Shown here: piece by piece, positions 9,518 to 19,892 of the stretch
Layout: each line of letters starts with the position of its first letter
How positions within the stretch are numbered: the stretch's first letter is position 1
Sequence record: PV159336
Reading direction: 5' to 3' (one strand)
Length of the DNA: 64,000 nt
From: Escherichia phage W22
Made by a program: the position numbers and the translations under genes
Notes under the pieces: model-generated
The model's database searches: none
Seen by the model: only the letters and a program-made list of their open reading frames with translations
Told to the model about the DNA's origin: nothing

Positions 9518-10465
9518 TTAGAAACAGTGCAGGAAGTTTCGACCATATTGCAAACCAATAGGAGCAAACGGGATATCATCATCGAAATCTTGAACAACAG
9601 GTTCTGGTTCTTTCGGTGCTGGCTCTTTCTTCTCTACTTTTTTAGTTTCTTTCTTAACATCTTGTACTGGAGTAGACATTCCACGGATAGCAGCAGCTAC
9701 TTTATCAGACAAAGCAAGAACTTCACGAGCAGCTTCAATAATCTCTTCTGCCGTTACAGTTTTACCTGTATGATCACGACAAGCGTTAAGAATTGCGTGT
9801 CCAACTGAAGCACCAAGATCATAGTCAGTCACATCAACACCACGATCTTTAGCAATTTCAGCTTTCAGAGTAACAGTTGCAGATTGTACCACACCAGCCA
9901 AATCGAAAGCATCACCTTTCACACCAGCACGTAGAAGCTCCAGAGCGCCGTTTACAGCGTGTCCTGTTTCAATCCCTACGGTATCACGTTTTTTGTAGTT
10001 AGGCTTGTTACCGTCATTATTAGATGGCTTATTTCCACCTTTTGAAGAGGATTGCGCTTGCTGAACACCTTCTGTTGAAAGAATAGTGATTTTACCTTTA
10101 GAGGAGTTGTAGTATGTTTTACCATTCCATTCGGAAGGTTTAACATCCATAGTTAGTTCTACGCCTTTTTCGATAGTAACCCACTTATCACCATCTTTAA
10201 CTTGCAGGTTTTCATGTTCTGGGTGCAGTTTAACTTCACCTAGGCTAACCCAAACACCTTTATCATCAGCACCAGCACCTTTCTCTTTAATAAGCAGAGA
10301 TGCTTTGTGAGTTGATTCAATTTTCTTATCTGGCTGACCTGCAACCTTAATATAAGAGACTTTCATTTCATCAAACTTATCTAGCTTGACATATTCGACA
10401 ATACCTTCAGCCCAGAATGCTTCTTTTTTAGTACGACGGTCGATTTCAGAATTAATTACTGGCAT
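9518..10465 (-). CDS. putative single-stranded DNA-binding protein
   Basis: AGAGGAG RBS; acidic DFDDDIPF motif typical of SSB C-terminal tails, here followed by 15 extra residues; low-complexity Gly/Ser/Asn linker. Confidence 0.45.
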   Translation of the reverse strand: MPVINSEIDRRTKKEAFWAEGIVEYVKLDKFDEMKVSYIKVAGQPDKKIESTHKASLLIKEKGAGADDKGVWVSLGEVKLHPEHENLQVKDGDKWVTIEKGVELTMDVKPSEWNGKTYYNSSKGKITILSTEGVQQAQSSSKGGNKPSNNDGNKPNYKKRDTVGIETGHAVNGALELLRAGVKGDAFDLAGVVQSATVTLKAEIAKDRGVDVTDYDLGASVGHAILNACRDHTGKTVTAEEIIEAAREVLALSDKVAAAIRGMSTPVQDVKKETKKVEKKEPAPKEPEPVVQDFDDDIPFAPIGLQYGRNFLHCF

Positions 10466-10481
10466 AAATTCTCCTCTATAA

Positions 10482-10880
10482 TTACATTACTTTAACACAA
10501 AACTCTCGTAAAAGAGTAGCGTCAGTTTCTTCCAACAGGTATTTACCAAGACCAATACCAAATCCTATTTCACCACTTTCAAAATGGAGAATTTGTATCT
10601 TTTCTCCACCAAGGTTAATTACTTTTGCTTTTCCAGGATTGTCCAAAACATCTCGTATTGTGTCCTGTAGTAGCATTAGTTCACGTTTTGTGATAGTGGT
10701 TTCAGATATCTCTTTGTCTTCTACCCGCACTGTTAAACGGTTGTATCCACCAAAGAGACATAGTATTTGAATAAAAAAGGTATTATCTTGAGGTTCAACA
10801 TCTTTTTTAGTTAGTTCAAGACGATTAGTTTCTCTACTGTAGAACGTCTCGACTAAGATTTTAGAACGATTGTCTGTCAT
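10482..10880 (-). CDS. hypothetical protein
   Basis: 132 aa ORF with GAGGA RBS. Confidence 0.45.
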   Translation of the reverse strand: MTDNRSKILVETFYSRETNRLELTKKDVEPQDNTFFIQILCLFGGYNRLTVRVEDKEISETTITKRELMLLQDTIRDVLDNPGKAKVINLGGEKIQILHFESGEIGFGIGLGKYLLEETDATLLREFCVKVM

Positions 10881-10923
10881 TCAAGTCCTCATAATAACAC
10901 ATAATTGTAAGGTTTGTCAACAC

Positions 10924-11517
10924 TTAAATCTTAAATTCTTCGTTGTTAAATGAATCCAGTGTACGTACTTCTGGTTCTTTGGGAATGAAAACGTCTTTTA
11001 CAAAGCGGAACATAGGGAAACGTTCTGCCATTTTACGGACGTGTGCTTCTTTACCTGTGTATCGGTGATTAATAGTGCAAATATTAGTTTTCAATGCAAA
11101 TTCAAAATCTGGATGATATACATAATTTTGACCATCCCAGTAACACAGGCAAATAGCTACGTCAAAGTTCCATACGATTTCACTGCGTACACCTTCTTCC
11201 ATGATCATAAAGTTAAACTTAAGGTCTTTATAGTATGCTTCAAATACCCATTTCAAATGTGGTAGTTCGGCATAAGTGTGTTCTGTTTGCTTAGTAAGTT
11301 GTTTAACATTACGTGCACCAACACCCAACATCAAAAATTTCTCTACTAGCACGAGTGTATTGTGGTTAGGCATACGCAAGTAAATGTCAATGTTTTGTGC
11401 AGGTTTCTCTAATCGCCAATCACGTACAGCGCCGCCAGCTACAATTGCAAACGGATCTACCAGTTGGCACATACGTAATACTTCTAAAGCGCGTACTTTT
11501 TGATCTTCAATATTCAT
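10924..11517 (-). CDS. nucleotidyltransferase, CCA-adding/poly(A) polymerase head-domain-like
   Basis: Start refined to ATG 11517 (AGGAGA RBS); IVAGGAVRDW motif plus NIDIY acidic pair resemble GGxVRD and DxD of class II CCA enzymes. Confidence 0.5.
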   Translation of the reverse strand: MNIEDQKVRALEVLRMCQLVDPFAIVAGGAVRDWRLEKPAQNIDIYLRMPNHNTLVLVEKFLMLGVGARNVKQLTKQTEHTYAELPHLKWVFEAYYKDLKFNFMIMEEGVRSEIVWNFDVAICLCYWDGQNYVYHPDFEFALKTNICTINHRYTGKEAHVRKMAERFPMFRFVKDVFIPKEPEVRTLDSFNNEEFKI

Positions 11518-11525
11518 ATTTTCTC

Positions 11526-12122
11526 CTATCGTGTCCACTCTTTATGTTGTTCTACATGCTCAAGCATTTCATTATACAGTGCTTTAAGATGTGGAACAAC
11601 TCTTTCATCTTCAGTTTCAAAGAATTTTGTAAGCTGTTCTGCTTTAGCTTTCAACCAGCAAAGATGCGCTTCAATTTCAGTATTAAAACGCCCCAGCGTT
11701 TTCATGCGACCGTCTACTTTTATATTGGCTTTGTATTTATTACGATCTTTTTCGTAACTACAGCCTACCATAGTTCCATGAGATCTTTTACTTACTCTAT
11801 AAGCTAAGAACTTATTAAGATCTCCTGTTACTAAAAGACAGGTATCGGGAGAGTAAACCCTCCCTCCTATAATATCTTTATCAAGTTCTAAGTTTTCCCA
11901 GTTTTCCCAAGTTTGCAACCAGGAGTAGAAATTTGAGAACAGTTTCCATTCTTCACAAACCGTCACCCCCTTATAACAAGGATCACGTTCTTGTTGGCAA
12001 GGGGAGTAACACCTCCCCAACATAGCCATCCATTTCATATAATGCGGCGTTAGTTTCTTACTACCAGGTAGTGTACTCTCGCCTTCCAAATCATTAATAC
12101 CTTCACCATATACGGTAAGCAT
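11526..12122 (-). CDS. putative AP2-like DNA-binding / homing-endonuclease-like protein
   Basis: C-terminal KYKANIKVDGRMKTLGRFNTEIEAHLCW resembles AP2 domain pattern; free-standing between replication genes; weak call. Confidence 0.3.
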   Translation of the reverse strand: MLTVYGEGINDLEGESTLPGSKKLTPHYMKWMAMLGRCYSPCQQERDPCYKGVTVCEEWKLFSNFYSWLQTWENWENLELDKDIIGGRVYSPDTCLLVTGDLNKFLAYRVSKRSHGTMVGCSYEKDRNKYKANIKVDGRMKTLGRFNTEIEAHLCWLKAKAEQLTKFFETEDERVVPHLKALYNEMLEHVEQHKEWTR

Positions 12123-12149
12123 AAAAACTCCTTTAAAATCAAAGAGATG

Positions 12150-14729
12150 TCAGTGACAAGTTGACCATGAACTACCAACATCGTAACCAGCAGTGAGAGG
12201 TACATTAAGATTGTAATACTCACCAGCTTTATTAACAGCGATAGATGCTAATTCTCCAGCACGACTGTAGGCTGTAAACCAACCACCTTTCGGAGATTCA
12301 TGTACGTTAGCCCAAATCTTGCCAGTACGTTTCTCTTCCTCTTCTTTCCAGGCGTTAACTTTATCCAAACATTCTTTATCAATTTTCTTTTGTTCTTCTG
12401 GATCATCAACTTGAGTCCAACCTAAAGATTCTTTAGAGAACCATTTAAAATGCACCAGATCACGAGTTACTTCAAGCTGTGCTTCATCGTGATATGCAAT
12501 CATTTGTTGAACGAATGACTTATTTTTCCAGTCATCAACAAAAAAGTCAACAGCTAATCCTTCTTCTTCGATAAGATCATCGTAGATAACCATTGCTCTT
12601 TTTGCACAAATAACACCACCACTCTGGAACAGAGAGTTAAGTATTGCGTGTGCAGATCGTGTAGGTACTTTCCTACCATCAATACCAAGAATGTATTTCT
12701 TACCTGTTTTAACCCAAAAATCATGCAGACGTTCTTTAAGAAGAGCAAGAGGCTTTGCAGCTTCCCAGAAAGCATCGTATACAAGCTGTCCTGTATACAT
12801 ATCACTACCAATAGTTTTTGCTACTTTTGCAGCTTGAGCACCATAAGTAATGCCATACTTAACAGATTTAGCAGGGCTTCGTTCAAACTTGCGACCAATA
12901 GTGTCAGAAATACGTCGAGCCATCATTGTATGAACATCATTAGGTTTTTCCAACAATAGAGCATTACAATATTCGTGTGGTTCCTGCTCGTACCGCCAAC
13001 AGTAGTGTGATTCTATTTTTGCCTCAAGAGAATCAAAATCATAACCAATTTGGAAGTATTTTGGAACTTCTACACCAAATAAGTTACGCATTTCATATCC
13101 GTACAGAGATGTTACACGTGGGATATTTGCTACTAGCCTATGCTTCATACGAGACGTAGCTGCATCACACGTTGCAGCAGGAGTTGGTATACGACCATCA
13201 GCCCTTACTGCCGCCAGATAACCTTTATCGTAATCCTCTTCATCTTCTTCCCAATCAGCGCCACCACCTAGAATAGAGTTTCTACGATGTTTATACGTAA
13301 GATACTGCACAATCTGCGTAGCATAAGGAAACTTTTCACCTAGTGCTTCCAAGTTAGGACAAATATCCTTCTCTTGCCCTTTTGTAAAGGAAGGGTTAGT
13401 AAGCACTTTAACACCACGACCTTTAGCTTTAGCAATACGATCTCTTAGTTTCCATTCCAAAGTTTCTGGTGTGCACTCCAGATGATCACATCTGTCCTGG
13501 CAGAAATTAGATGCTAATGTTTGATCAACATAGTCACGAATAGCCTTCTCCATTTGTGCTTCATCTTTCTTAATCTTAGTGCCAGATTTAAGAGTGATAT
13601 CTTTATCTTTATATTCAGATGGACTCCAACCTAAACCAACTAACCAATTTTTAATATGTGTAGTGTCGTCTAAAGTAGCAGGTACTGTAGGATCACAAAT
13701 AGGTTCTTCTGCTGGAATAGGTAGTTTAAACTCTTTACCTAATGCAAATAACCACCAACCATCTTCTTTTTGTACAAGTTCACCAGAATGTTTCTCTGCA
13801 AACTTTATCATGTTACTTGAAGGTTCACCATTCTTTTTAAACTGTAGTTTAGGTGGAATGAATGATTTCAAATAACCTTTAGTAGCAGGTTTAGGAGGTA
13901 GCACAGGTTCTGCCTCTAAACGACATGCTTCCATTCGAGCATCCAGATCACGAATATTATCTTCTGCTTGTTTCATATTGAAAGCAAAGCCACGGTGCTC
14001 TTGACGTGTAATAATATCAGCTACACGTTGTTCTAAGTTAAATGGTTCAGACCACTTGTTATAATCACCCCACTCTTCCATCAAATAACGGAACACTGCG
14101 GTGTTAGCTTTGTTATCGTAAATACAGTAATACAGCATATCTGCTGCAAATGTTCTAAATCTTTCAGTTTCAGGAATGTTTTTTCTAAAATCAATTTTAA
14201 CATCCCCTCCAGCTTTCTTAGATAACTCTGCCAGACTATGACCACCGAAGCGATCAGGGTTTAGTGTCTTACTTAAGATCATAGTATCACAAATTTCAAT
14301 GTTACTATTACCCCAAGTATTGTACTTAATACTGTAGTTGAGTTTAAAAAATAATTTAATTGCCAGTAAGTCGAAGTTAATGATGTTGTGTCCAACTACT
14401 TTGGTAATTTTATAGTTTGAATTACCTTTAAATTTACCTGTTCCATTTACAAAATCAGGAAAATCTTTAAGAGGGAAATGGGTATATTCTAAATGCTCAT
14501 ATTCCTCCAGTCGGTATTCATACTTTCCGTCAGTCTCAATATACGGACGACCATCGAAAAGATATTTATCACCATCATGGAAAGCAATAATCTCTCCAGT
14601 ATCATGACTTTCGCACACAATACAGTGCATTGCAAAACTATCTTTTAAACGATATGGACTTGCCAAGTAATCTACACTTTCGTCATTAAGCAAGTTGTTA
14701 CTTTCAATGTCGAAAGTAAAAGCTCCCAT
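12150..14729 (-). CDS. DNA polymerase, family A (T7 gp5-like) with 3'-5' exonuclease domain
   Basis: 859 aa; N-terminal FDIESNNLL (Exo I), motif B KSVKYGITYGAQAAK, motif C YHDEAQLE, T7-like C-terminus ...SWSTCH; GGAGGG RBS. Confidence 0.9.
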   Translation of the reverse strand: MGAFTFDIESNNLLNDESVDYLASPYRLKDSFAMHCIVCESHDTGEIIAFHDGDKYLFDGRPYIETDGKYEYRLEEYEHLEYTHFPLKDFPDFVNGTGKFKGNSNYKITKVVGHNIINFDLLAIKLFFKLNYSIKYNTWGNSNIEICDTMILSKTLNPDRFGGHSLAELSKKAGGDVKIDFRKNIPETERFRTFAADMLYYCIYDNKANTAVFRYLMEEWGDYNKWSEPFNLEQRVADIITRQEHRGFAFNMKQAEDNIRDLDARMEACRLEAEPVLPPKPATKGYLKSFIPPKLQFKKNGEPSSNMIKFAEKHSGELVQKEDGWWLFALGKEFKLPIPAEEPICDPTVPATLDDTTHIKNWLVGLGWSPSEYKDKDITLKSGTKIKKDEAQMEKAIRDYVDQTLASNFCQDRCDHLECTPETLEWKLRDRIAKAKGRGVKVLTNPSFTKGQEKDICPNLEALGEKFPYATQIVQYLTYKHRRNSILGGGADWEEDEEDYDKGYLAAVRADGRIPTPAATCDAATSRMKHRLVANIPRVTSLYGYEMRNLFGVEVPKYFQIGYDFDSLEAKIESHYCWRYEQEPHEYCNALLLEKPNDVHTMMARRISDTIGRKFERSPAKSVKYGITYGAQAAKVAKTIGSDMYTGQLVYDAFWEAAKPLALLKERLHDFWVKTGKKYILGIDGRKVPTRSAHAILNSLFQSGGVICAKRAMVIYDDLIEEEGLAVDFFVDDWKNKSFVQQMIAYHDEAQLEVTRDLVHFKWFSKESLGWTQVDDPEEQKKIDKECLDKVNAWKEEEEKRTGKIWANVHESPKGGWFTAYSRAGELASIAVNKAGEYYNLNVPLTAGYDVGSSWSTCH

Positions 14730-14797
14730 TCTCCCTCCTTAAAATATTTCTAAAGTCTTAATTTGTTAATACTGTACCATAAATTAATTGTTTTGTA

Positions 14798-14815
14798 AAG
14801 GGGCTTTCGCCCCTT
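14798..14815 (-). terminator. intergenic hairpin (possible terminator or attenuator) upstream of DNA polymerase gene
   Basis: AAGGGGC-TTTC-GCCCCTT hairpin between stop 14820 and pol start 14729; weak U-tract on - strand. Confidence 0.35.
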
Positions 14816-14819
14816 CTTG

Positions 14820-15215
14820 TTATTTATTGTCAGCACTTAATTGTACTTTAATAAGGCAATTAGGGACACCATTGGTATTTCTCAAGCCTACACGTTCAAT
14901 TTTAACTGTCCCTGTTAAGCCACTAAAAGTGGAAACAATGTTATTAATGTTTTCATCCTTACTAGCTATATCAAGAACAACCTTATCACTAACATTTTTC
15001 AGCATACGATCTACAAGCTCTCCCACAAAACCACTGGTAGTTTGAATGAGAAGGTATAGGCAACCATCCTCAAACCACAAATGTTCACCATAAGCATAAC
15101 CGTATGGTTCTAACTCCGATCCATCTTGAAATTTAAACTTAGCAACAGTTTTCGTATAATCATACCCTAACGCAGAAGGGGATACCCCATAAAGGATATT
15201 TTCGTTGTCTTTCAT
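14820..15215 (-). CDS. hypothetical protein (131 aa)
   Basis: Start refined from track 15344 to ATG 15215 with AAGGAGA RBS, just downstream of primase stop. Confidence 0.45.
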   Translation of the reverse strand: MKDNENILYGVSPSALGYDYTKTVAKFKFQDGSELEPYGYAYGEHLWFEDGCLYLLIQTTSGFVGELVDRMLKNVSDKVVLDIASKDENINNIVSTFSGLTGTVKIERVGLRNTNGVPNCLIKVQLSADNK

Positions 15216-15225
15216 ATTTCTCTCC

Positions 15226-16998
15226 TTAATAAGAACCATCAGGAATATTCTCTGGGTTACTTGTGTATTGATCGTAATCGTGAAGTGTAGCTGTTTTAAT
15301 CTCATAGAAGAAACTACCTGCTGCACCAGTTTCTGAGAACTCACGGTTCTTTAGAATGTAGCAATATGTGCGGTTACGTTCCATAGGATCTTCAGCTTGT
15401 TTATCACGCTCCAGCGCAATTGTGATACCAGCACCTTTAGCAAGGAAGCTACTACCCATTGCATCATCTTCTACAATATGTTCATTACTATTGTTAGAAG
15501 ACTTTTTAACGTGTGAAATTACAACAATGGTAATTGCGTACTCTTTCATAATGCGTTTGAGCCACGTCGCAAGTTCCTCTTGTTGTGACACGTCCATACC
15601 AGAAAGCAAGTCAGAATAAGGGTCGATAACAAGAATGGTTACTCCGAAATAAATAATCATTTCCAGAACCTTCTCTTTAATCACATCTACGTTAGCTCCA
15701 CGATCATCACAAACATAGAAACGTGGTGTTCCATCTTCTCGTTCGTAAAAATCACGAATCTTTTCTTCATTATCTTTTAAAATCTTTTCCTTCTCTTCTT
15801 TTGTTTTACGGTGAAGAGGGATGTGCAAGAATGAAGACAGTAAGTTACGAGAATACTTCTTATACGTTGCCTCCAAAGATAAAATACCAAGAGTATGTTC
15901 TGGGTGTGCAAGAATAATGTGCTTCGTAATCTCGTTAACCAACAGTGTTTTACCGATACTTGTTTTTGCAAGTATAACAGTAATTTCTTCTTCTACCAAG
16001 CCTCCACCTAACATATTAGAAGCAACACGCATGAATGGAGGAAGGGTGATCATTTTAGCTTCCAGGCATTCCAAGGCTGCTTCATACAGTACGTTAGAAG
16101 CATAAACACCAGCAGGTGTGTACAGTTTAGCTTTGAAAAAGCGATCAAGAAAGTGATCAATTTTTCCTTCTACTAGTGCCTGGTTAGGATCTTTAACATC
16201 CGTTAGTTCCATCACGTAAACTTTATTACGTGGTAAGATTTTAACACATTTCTCAACTGCTGCACGTCCAGCTTCATCATTATCCATACACAGAACAATC
16301 TTTTTAAATTGATCTAAGAATTTATAACGATGTTGAAGCTGCTTATGCAGAGATGTTTCGCCACAAGTACCAGATACTACAGCAGGAACAGGATATTTAC
16401 CGCCCTTGTTATAATCTTTTAGCATCTGTGTTGCAGCCAGCATATCGTGTTCACCACCAACAATTAGAATAGTACCGCTGTGGTTACGATATTTAAACTC
16501 ACCAAAAAGATCACAATCCTTTCCTGTTTCACCAATAGGATGCGAAAAATCTTTTGGATCGATACGTTGTTTATACCCAGCAATATTGTAATCTTTAGTT
16601 GTAGGGTATAATGTTGAAATTACTTCGCCAGTAGCTTCATCGTACATATAGCGTACACCGAAAGGTTTAGAGATATCTTCACGAATACCGCGATAACCTT
16701 TTGGATTAGTTCCAGTGCTGGCTTTTAGTTTATCATGTACTTCTGGATTAAACTCACTACCCAAGATATCCTCCTCTTCAATTTCTTCGCCGTGTGCATT
16801 TAACCATTTTTGATCAGGGATAGTAAAGCCACAAGAAAAACAATGTGCGCCTCGATGGTCTTCATCGGCATCTAAGCCATATACCATCAAATTGTTTTGT
16901 GATCGATCACGCCCTCCTTTCATACAACGAGGACACCCAGTATGTCCTTCTTGACTTAGATCAATGTTATACCCATATTTATTTACAACATAAGACAC
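15226..16998 (-). CDS. DNA primase/helicase (T7 gp4-like)
   Basis: GTG start with AGGAGA RBS; N-terminal Cys4 zinc ribbon (CPRC...CFSC); C-terminal DnaB-like helicase with P-loop AKTSIGKT. Confidence 0.85.
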   Translation of the reverse strand: MSYVVNKYGYNIDLSQEGHTGCPRCMKGGRDRSQNNLMVYGLDADEDHRGAHCFSCGFTIPDQKWLNAHGEEIEEEDILGSEFNPEVHDKLKASTGTNPKGYRGIREDISKPFGVRYMYDEATGEVISTLYPTTKDYNIAGYKQRIDPKDFSHPIGETGKDCDLFGEFKYRNHSGTILIVGGEHDMLAATQMLKDYNKGGKYPVPAVVSGTCGETSLHKQLQHRYKFLDQFKKIVLCMDNDEAGRAAVEKCVKILPRNKVYVMELTDVKDPNQALVEGKIDHFLDRFFKAKLYTPAGVYASNVLYEAALECLEAKMITLPPFMRVASNMLGGGLVEEEITVILAKTSIGKTLLVNEITKHIILAHPEHTLGILSLEATYKKYSRNLLSSFLHIPLHRKTKEEKEKILKDNEEKIRDFYEREDGTPRFYVCDDRGANVDVIKEKVLEMIIYFGVTILVIDPYSDLLSGMDVSQQEELATWLKRIMKEYAITIVVISHVKKSSNNSNEHIVEDDAMGSSFLAKGAGITIALERDKQAEDPMERNRTYCYILKNREFSETGAAGSFFYEIKTATLHDYDQYTSNPENIPDGSY

Positions 16999-17010
16999 AT
17001 GATTCTCCTA

Positions 17011-17280
17011 CTAAAATGATTCGTTTGTCTCCATAATATATTGCATTTCCAAATCTTCCATATGTTTCTTAAATTGGTAAACAATTTCCGATGGGGAAAT
17101 ATCTATATCAAAAAGTTCTTTTGTACCAGAATAAAACCTAATACCGTCAACAATAAGTCCACCATAATAATCCCAATCACTTTCTCGTGAGAAAGGATTA
17201 GGTTCTTCATAATAGTAATCTACTTCAACAATAATAGGTTCTTTATTATCTTGTTTATACTCAAAATCAAAAGTGTTCAT
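17011..17280 (-). CDS. hypothetical protein
   Basis: 89 aa ORF; stop/start packing with neighbours. Confidence 0.4.
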   Translation of the reverse strand: MNTFDFEYKQDNKEPIIVEVDYYYEEPNPFSRESDWDYYGGLIVDGIRFYSGTKELFDIDISPSEIVYQFKKHMEDLEMQYIMETNESF

Positions 17281-18224
17281 TATAAATCCTCGATAAGCAG
17301 TCTGCGGGTTTCATTTAAATCATCAATATTGTAGTTATCTCTTACATATTTAGCAAGAGCCAATCCTTTCTCAATACAAACATCAGGAGATTCGATTAAG
17401 TATTCTACAATATCTTTCCACTCTTTAACTGAATCAGCAAAGAAGATTAGATCTTTAAATTCTTCAGTATAGTAGTTCTCTCGTGGAGAACAAACGAGTG
17501 GCAAACCTTTAGCACCAGCCTCAAGAATTTTTAAATTACTTTTGGCATTATTAAAATGATTATTTACTAATGGAGCTATGGAGATTTGATGACCATCGTA
17601 TGCTTCCATATAACACTCATAAGGACGAATACCTTCATAAACACAATCTGGTTGAATCTCTTCTTTAATTTGCAACCATTGAGCACTACTTAACTCTTCG
17701 TGATCTCTACGAAATCCACATAAAGTTAAATCTTTACCAAAAGCAGGAAGAATTGCTAAATCATGTTTATGTGTTTCACTTCCCGCCCAAACCAGTGGGC
17801 TTTTAGAATAACGATCTTTAGTAAGAACAAACTGCCCTTCATCAAAAGGTAGTCCGTTAGGCACAATATGTACATTATCATTGTATTGGCTTAATTCAAC
17901 CTTTAATGCTGGAGTTGTTGTAGTTACAAGATCGCTTCTTTCAAGGAACCATTTTAGGTCATCTCGGATTTGACTTTCAAATAATCCTTCCAGCATATGC
18001 CCTTCAGGAATAATTAAAGAATCATCCAGATCCATTACCAATTTAAACCCAAGTTGTTTAAGAGCCAGGAAACCTGGCTTTCCACGAGTTGGTACTCCAT
18101 TGAATACAAAAATATTATGCTTAGGATTAATAGTCAGTTTGCGTTTATATGGCAAAATGATTCTATGAAAATCACATACACTATACCTTTCATGTCCACG
18201 TGTGTCAAGAATAATATTAGGCAT
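17280..18224 (-). CDS. glycosyltransferase (GT-B fold-like), paralogue A
   Basis: AAGGAG RBS; shares YDGH-IAPLV-N-FNN-KSNLKILEAGAKGLP block with adjacent paralogue. Confidence 0.5.
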   Translation of the reverse strand: MPNIILDTRGHERYSVCDFHRIILPYKRKLTINPKHNIFVFNGVPTRGKPGFLALKQLGFKLVMDLDDSLIIPEGHMLEGLFESQIRDDLKWFLERSDLVTTTTPALKVELSQYNDNVHIVPNGLPFDEGQFVLTKDRYSKSPLVWAGSETHKHDLAILPAFGKDLTLCGFRRDHEELSSAQWLQIKEEIQPDCVYEGIRPYECYMEAYDGHQISIAPLVNNHFNNAKSNLKILEAGAKGLPLVCSPRENYYTEEFKDLIFFADSVKEWKDIVEYLIESPDVCIEKGLALAKYVRDNYNIDDLNETRRLLIEDL

Positions 18225-18235
18225 ATGGCTCCTTG

Positions 18236-19210
18236 TTAAAGACTTTCAATAACTTGACGACGCAGTTCATTGGCATCTGCAAGATTATAATTAAGACGAA
18301 CGTGTTCTGCAAGCATCATACCACGATCTTCTGTGTATCTAGGGTTCCTCATTAGCTTGACAACTTCATAATGCCAAGATGCTTTAGAGTCTGCATAAAT
18401 AACAGCCTTTGCATCTACCGGATTGAAGTACGGCAGCACAGGAGAACAGATAATAGGAAGACCCTTTGCACCTGCTTCCAAAATCTTCAAATTGCTTTTA
18501 CAGTTGTTGAAGTCATTATCTACCAGAGGAGCAATTGCAATACTGTGACCGTCATACACAGACATATACTCACCTAAATTTTTAATAGCTGGTTTATACT
18601 GTGCATTTGGAATTTTACGTTTTACTTTAACCCACTCCGCAGTAGTTAGATACTGACTATTATTTCCAACAGGTGCAGAAGGATACACTTCATACCCTGC
18701 AATTGTCAATAGCGTATCATCAAATGTGTTAGCTACAAGAGATAAATCAGGTTCATGGCTTGCTCCTCCAGCCCAAACGATAGGCGTGTCAGAATAACGG
18801 TCTTTTGTCAAAGTAAATTGACCTTCATCGTAAGGTAGTGCGTTTCTAATAACGACAACATTACGATTTAAATGACGAATTTTGTAAGCTAGGTATTCTG
18901 TTGTTACAGTAACAACATCTGCTAACTTAACCATCTCTACAATAGTCTTTGAGTGATTAGTAAATACGCCAGCCATATAATGTTCAGGATTAAGCGAATA
19001 AAAGTCATCTAAATCAACAATAATCTTAACACCTTGTGCCTTCAGGCGTTTAACTTCGTCTGATCCACGAGAATACACTCTATTAAAAACTAAAACGTCT
19101 TTCTTAGGCTTAAACGTATTTCCCGCAAATGGCATTACAATACGATGGTAATCACAACCACTGCCTAACTTATTATCACACTTAAGTACAGGAGTATTAG
19201 GATTTACCAT
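18236..19210 (-). CDS. glycosyltransferase (GT-B fold-like), paralogue B
   Basis: Start refined to ATG 19210 (GAGGAGG RBS, overlaps stop of upstream gene); clear paralogue of 17280-18224. Confidence 0.5.
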   Translation of the reverse strand: MVNPNTPVLKCDNKLGSGCDYHRIVMPFAGNTFKPKKDVLVFNRVYSRGSDEVKRLKAQGVKIIVDLDDFYSLNPEHYMAGVFTNHSKTIVEMVKLADVVTVTTEYLAYKIRHLNRNVVVIRNALPYDEGQFTLTKDRYSDTPIVWAGGASHEPDLSLVANTFDDTLLTIAGYEVYPSAPVGNNSQYLTTAEWVKVKRKIPNAQYKPAIKNLGEYMSVYDGHSIAIAPLVDNDFNNCKSNLKILEAGAKGLPIICSPVLPYFNPVDAKAVIYADSKASWHYEVVKLMRNPRYTEDRGMMLAEHVRLNYNLADANELRRQVIESL

Positions 19211-19883
19211 ATTTTTGAGCCTCCTCATAAGAGATAAAAGTTTTACCATTGCGAAGATCCTCCAGTGATTGTTTATATTGTTCCCAGTTTACACCAATCC
19301 CCTGTTCTTTCTCTTCTTTTGACAGATTCGCAAAAGGTAAAGGGTTGTCTCCAAACACATCATCAGGATGGATAAACGCCATAATTCGAATAGGACATGG
19401 TACGCCCTGAATACCTCGGTTCAAACCTGCTAGTGGAACGCGCTGAATCCACTCTGCATCTTCATATCCATAACCGTGGGTGTATGAGCGGAAATAGCCA
19501 GCTTTCTCAATAACTGCACGGGAATACATACCAAACTGGCACATACCTAGTTCCCAAATAACCACTTCACCTTCAATACCTTTTACTTTATCTTTAAAGT
19601 ATTCAGGCATACCAAAGAAATCCCAGCCATTTTCCTTAGCTTGTTTTACAAAATATGTTTCCCAACCTGGCACAACCGGATAGCAATCATCATCAAAAAT
19701 AAACCAGTAATCATACCCTTCATCATAAAACTTTTTCATCAGTTCATTACGAGCATATGCAACACCTTTTCGTTCCCGATCATACTGTACAACAAAAGTA
19801 GCATTAGGATCAGTCACAAGATAATCTTTAAGAGGACGCTTACCTACAGTAATAACACCAACACCAATTTTTGTATTTTCCAA
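19197..19883 (-). CDS. glycosyltransferase (GT-A fold-like, DxD)
   Basis: TTG start with AAGGAG RBS; FIFDDDCYP acidic motif typical of nucleotide-sugar transferases. Confidence 0.45.
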   Translation of the reverse strand: MENTKIGVGVITVGKRPLKDYLVTDPNATFVVQYDRERKGVAYARNELMKKFYDEGYDYWFIFDDDCYPVVPGWETYFVKQAKENGWDFFGMPEYFKDKVKGIEGEVVIWELGMCQFGMYSRAVIEKAGYFRSYTHGYGYEDAEWIQRVPLAGLNRGIQGVPCPIRIMAFIHPDDVFGDNPLPFANLSKEEKEQGIGVNWEQYKQSLEDLRNGKTFISYEEAQKYGKS

Positions 19884-19892
19884 AATAACTCC

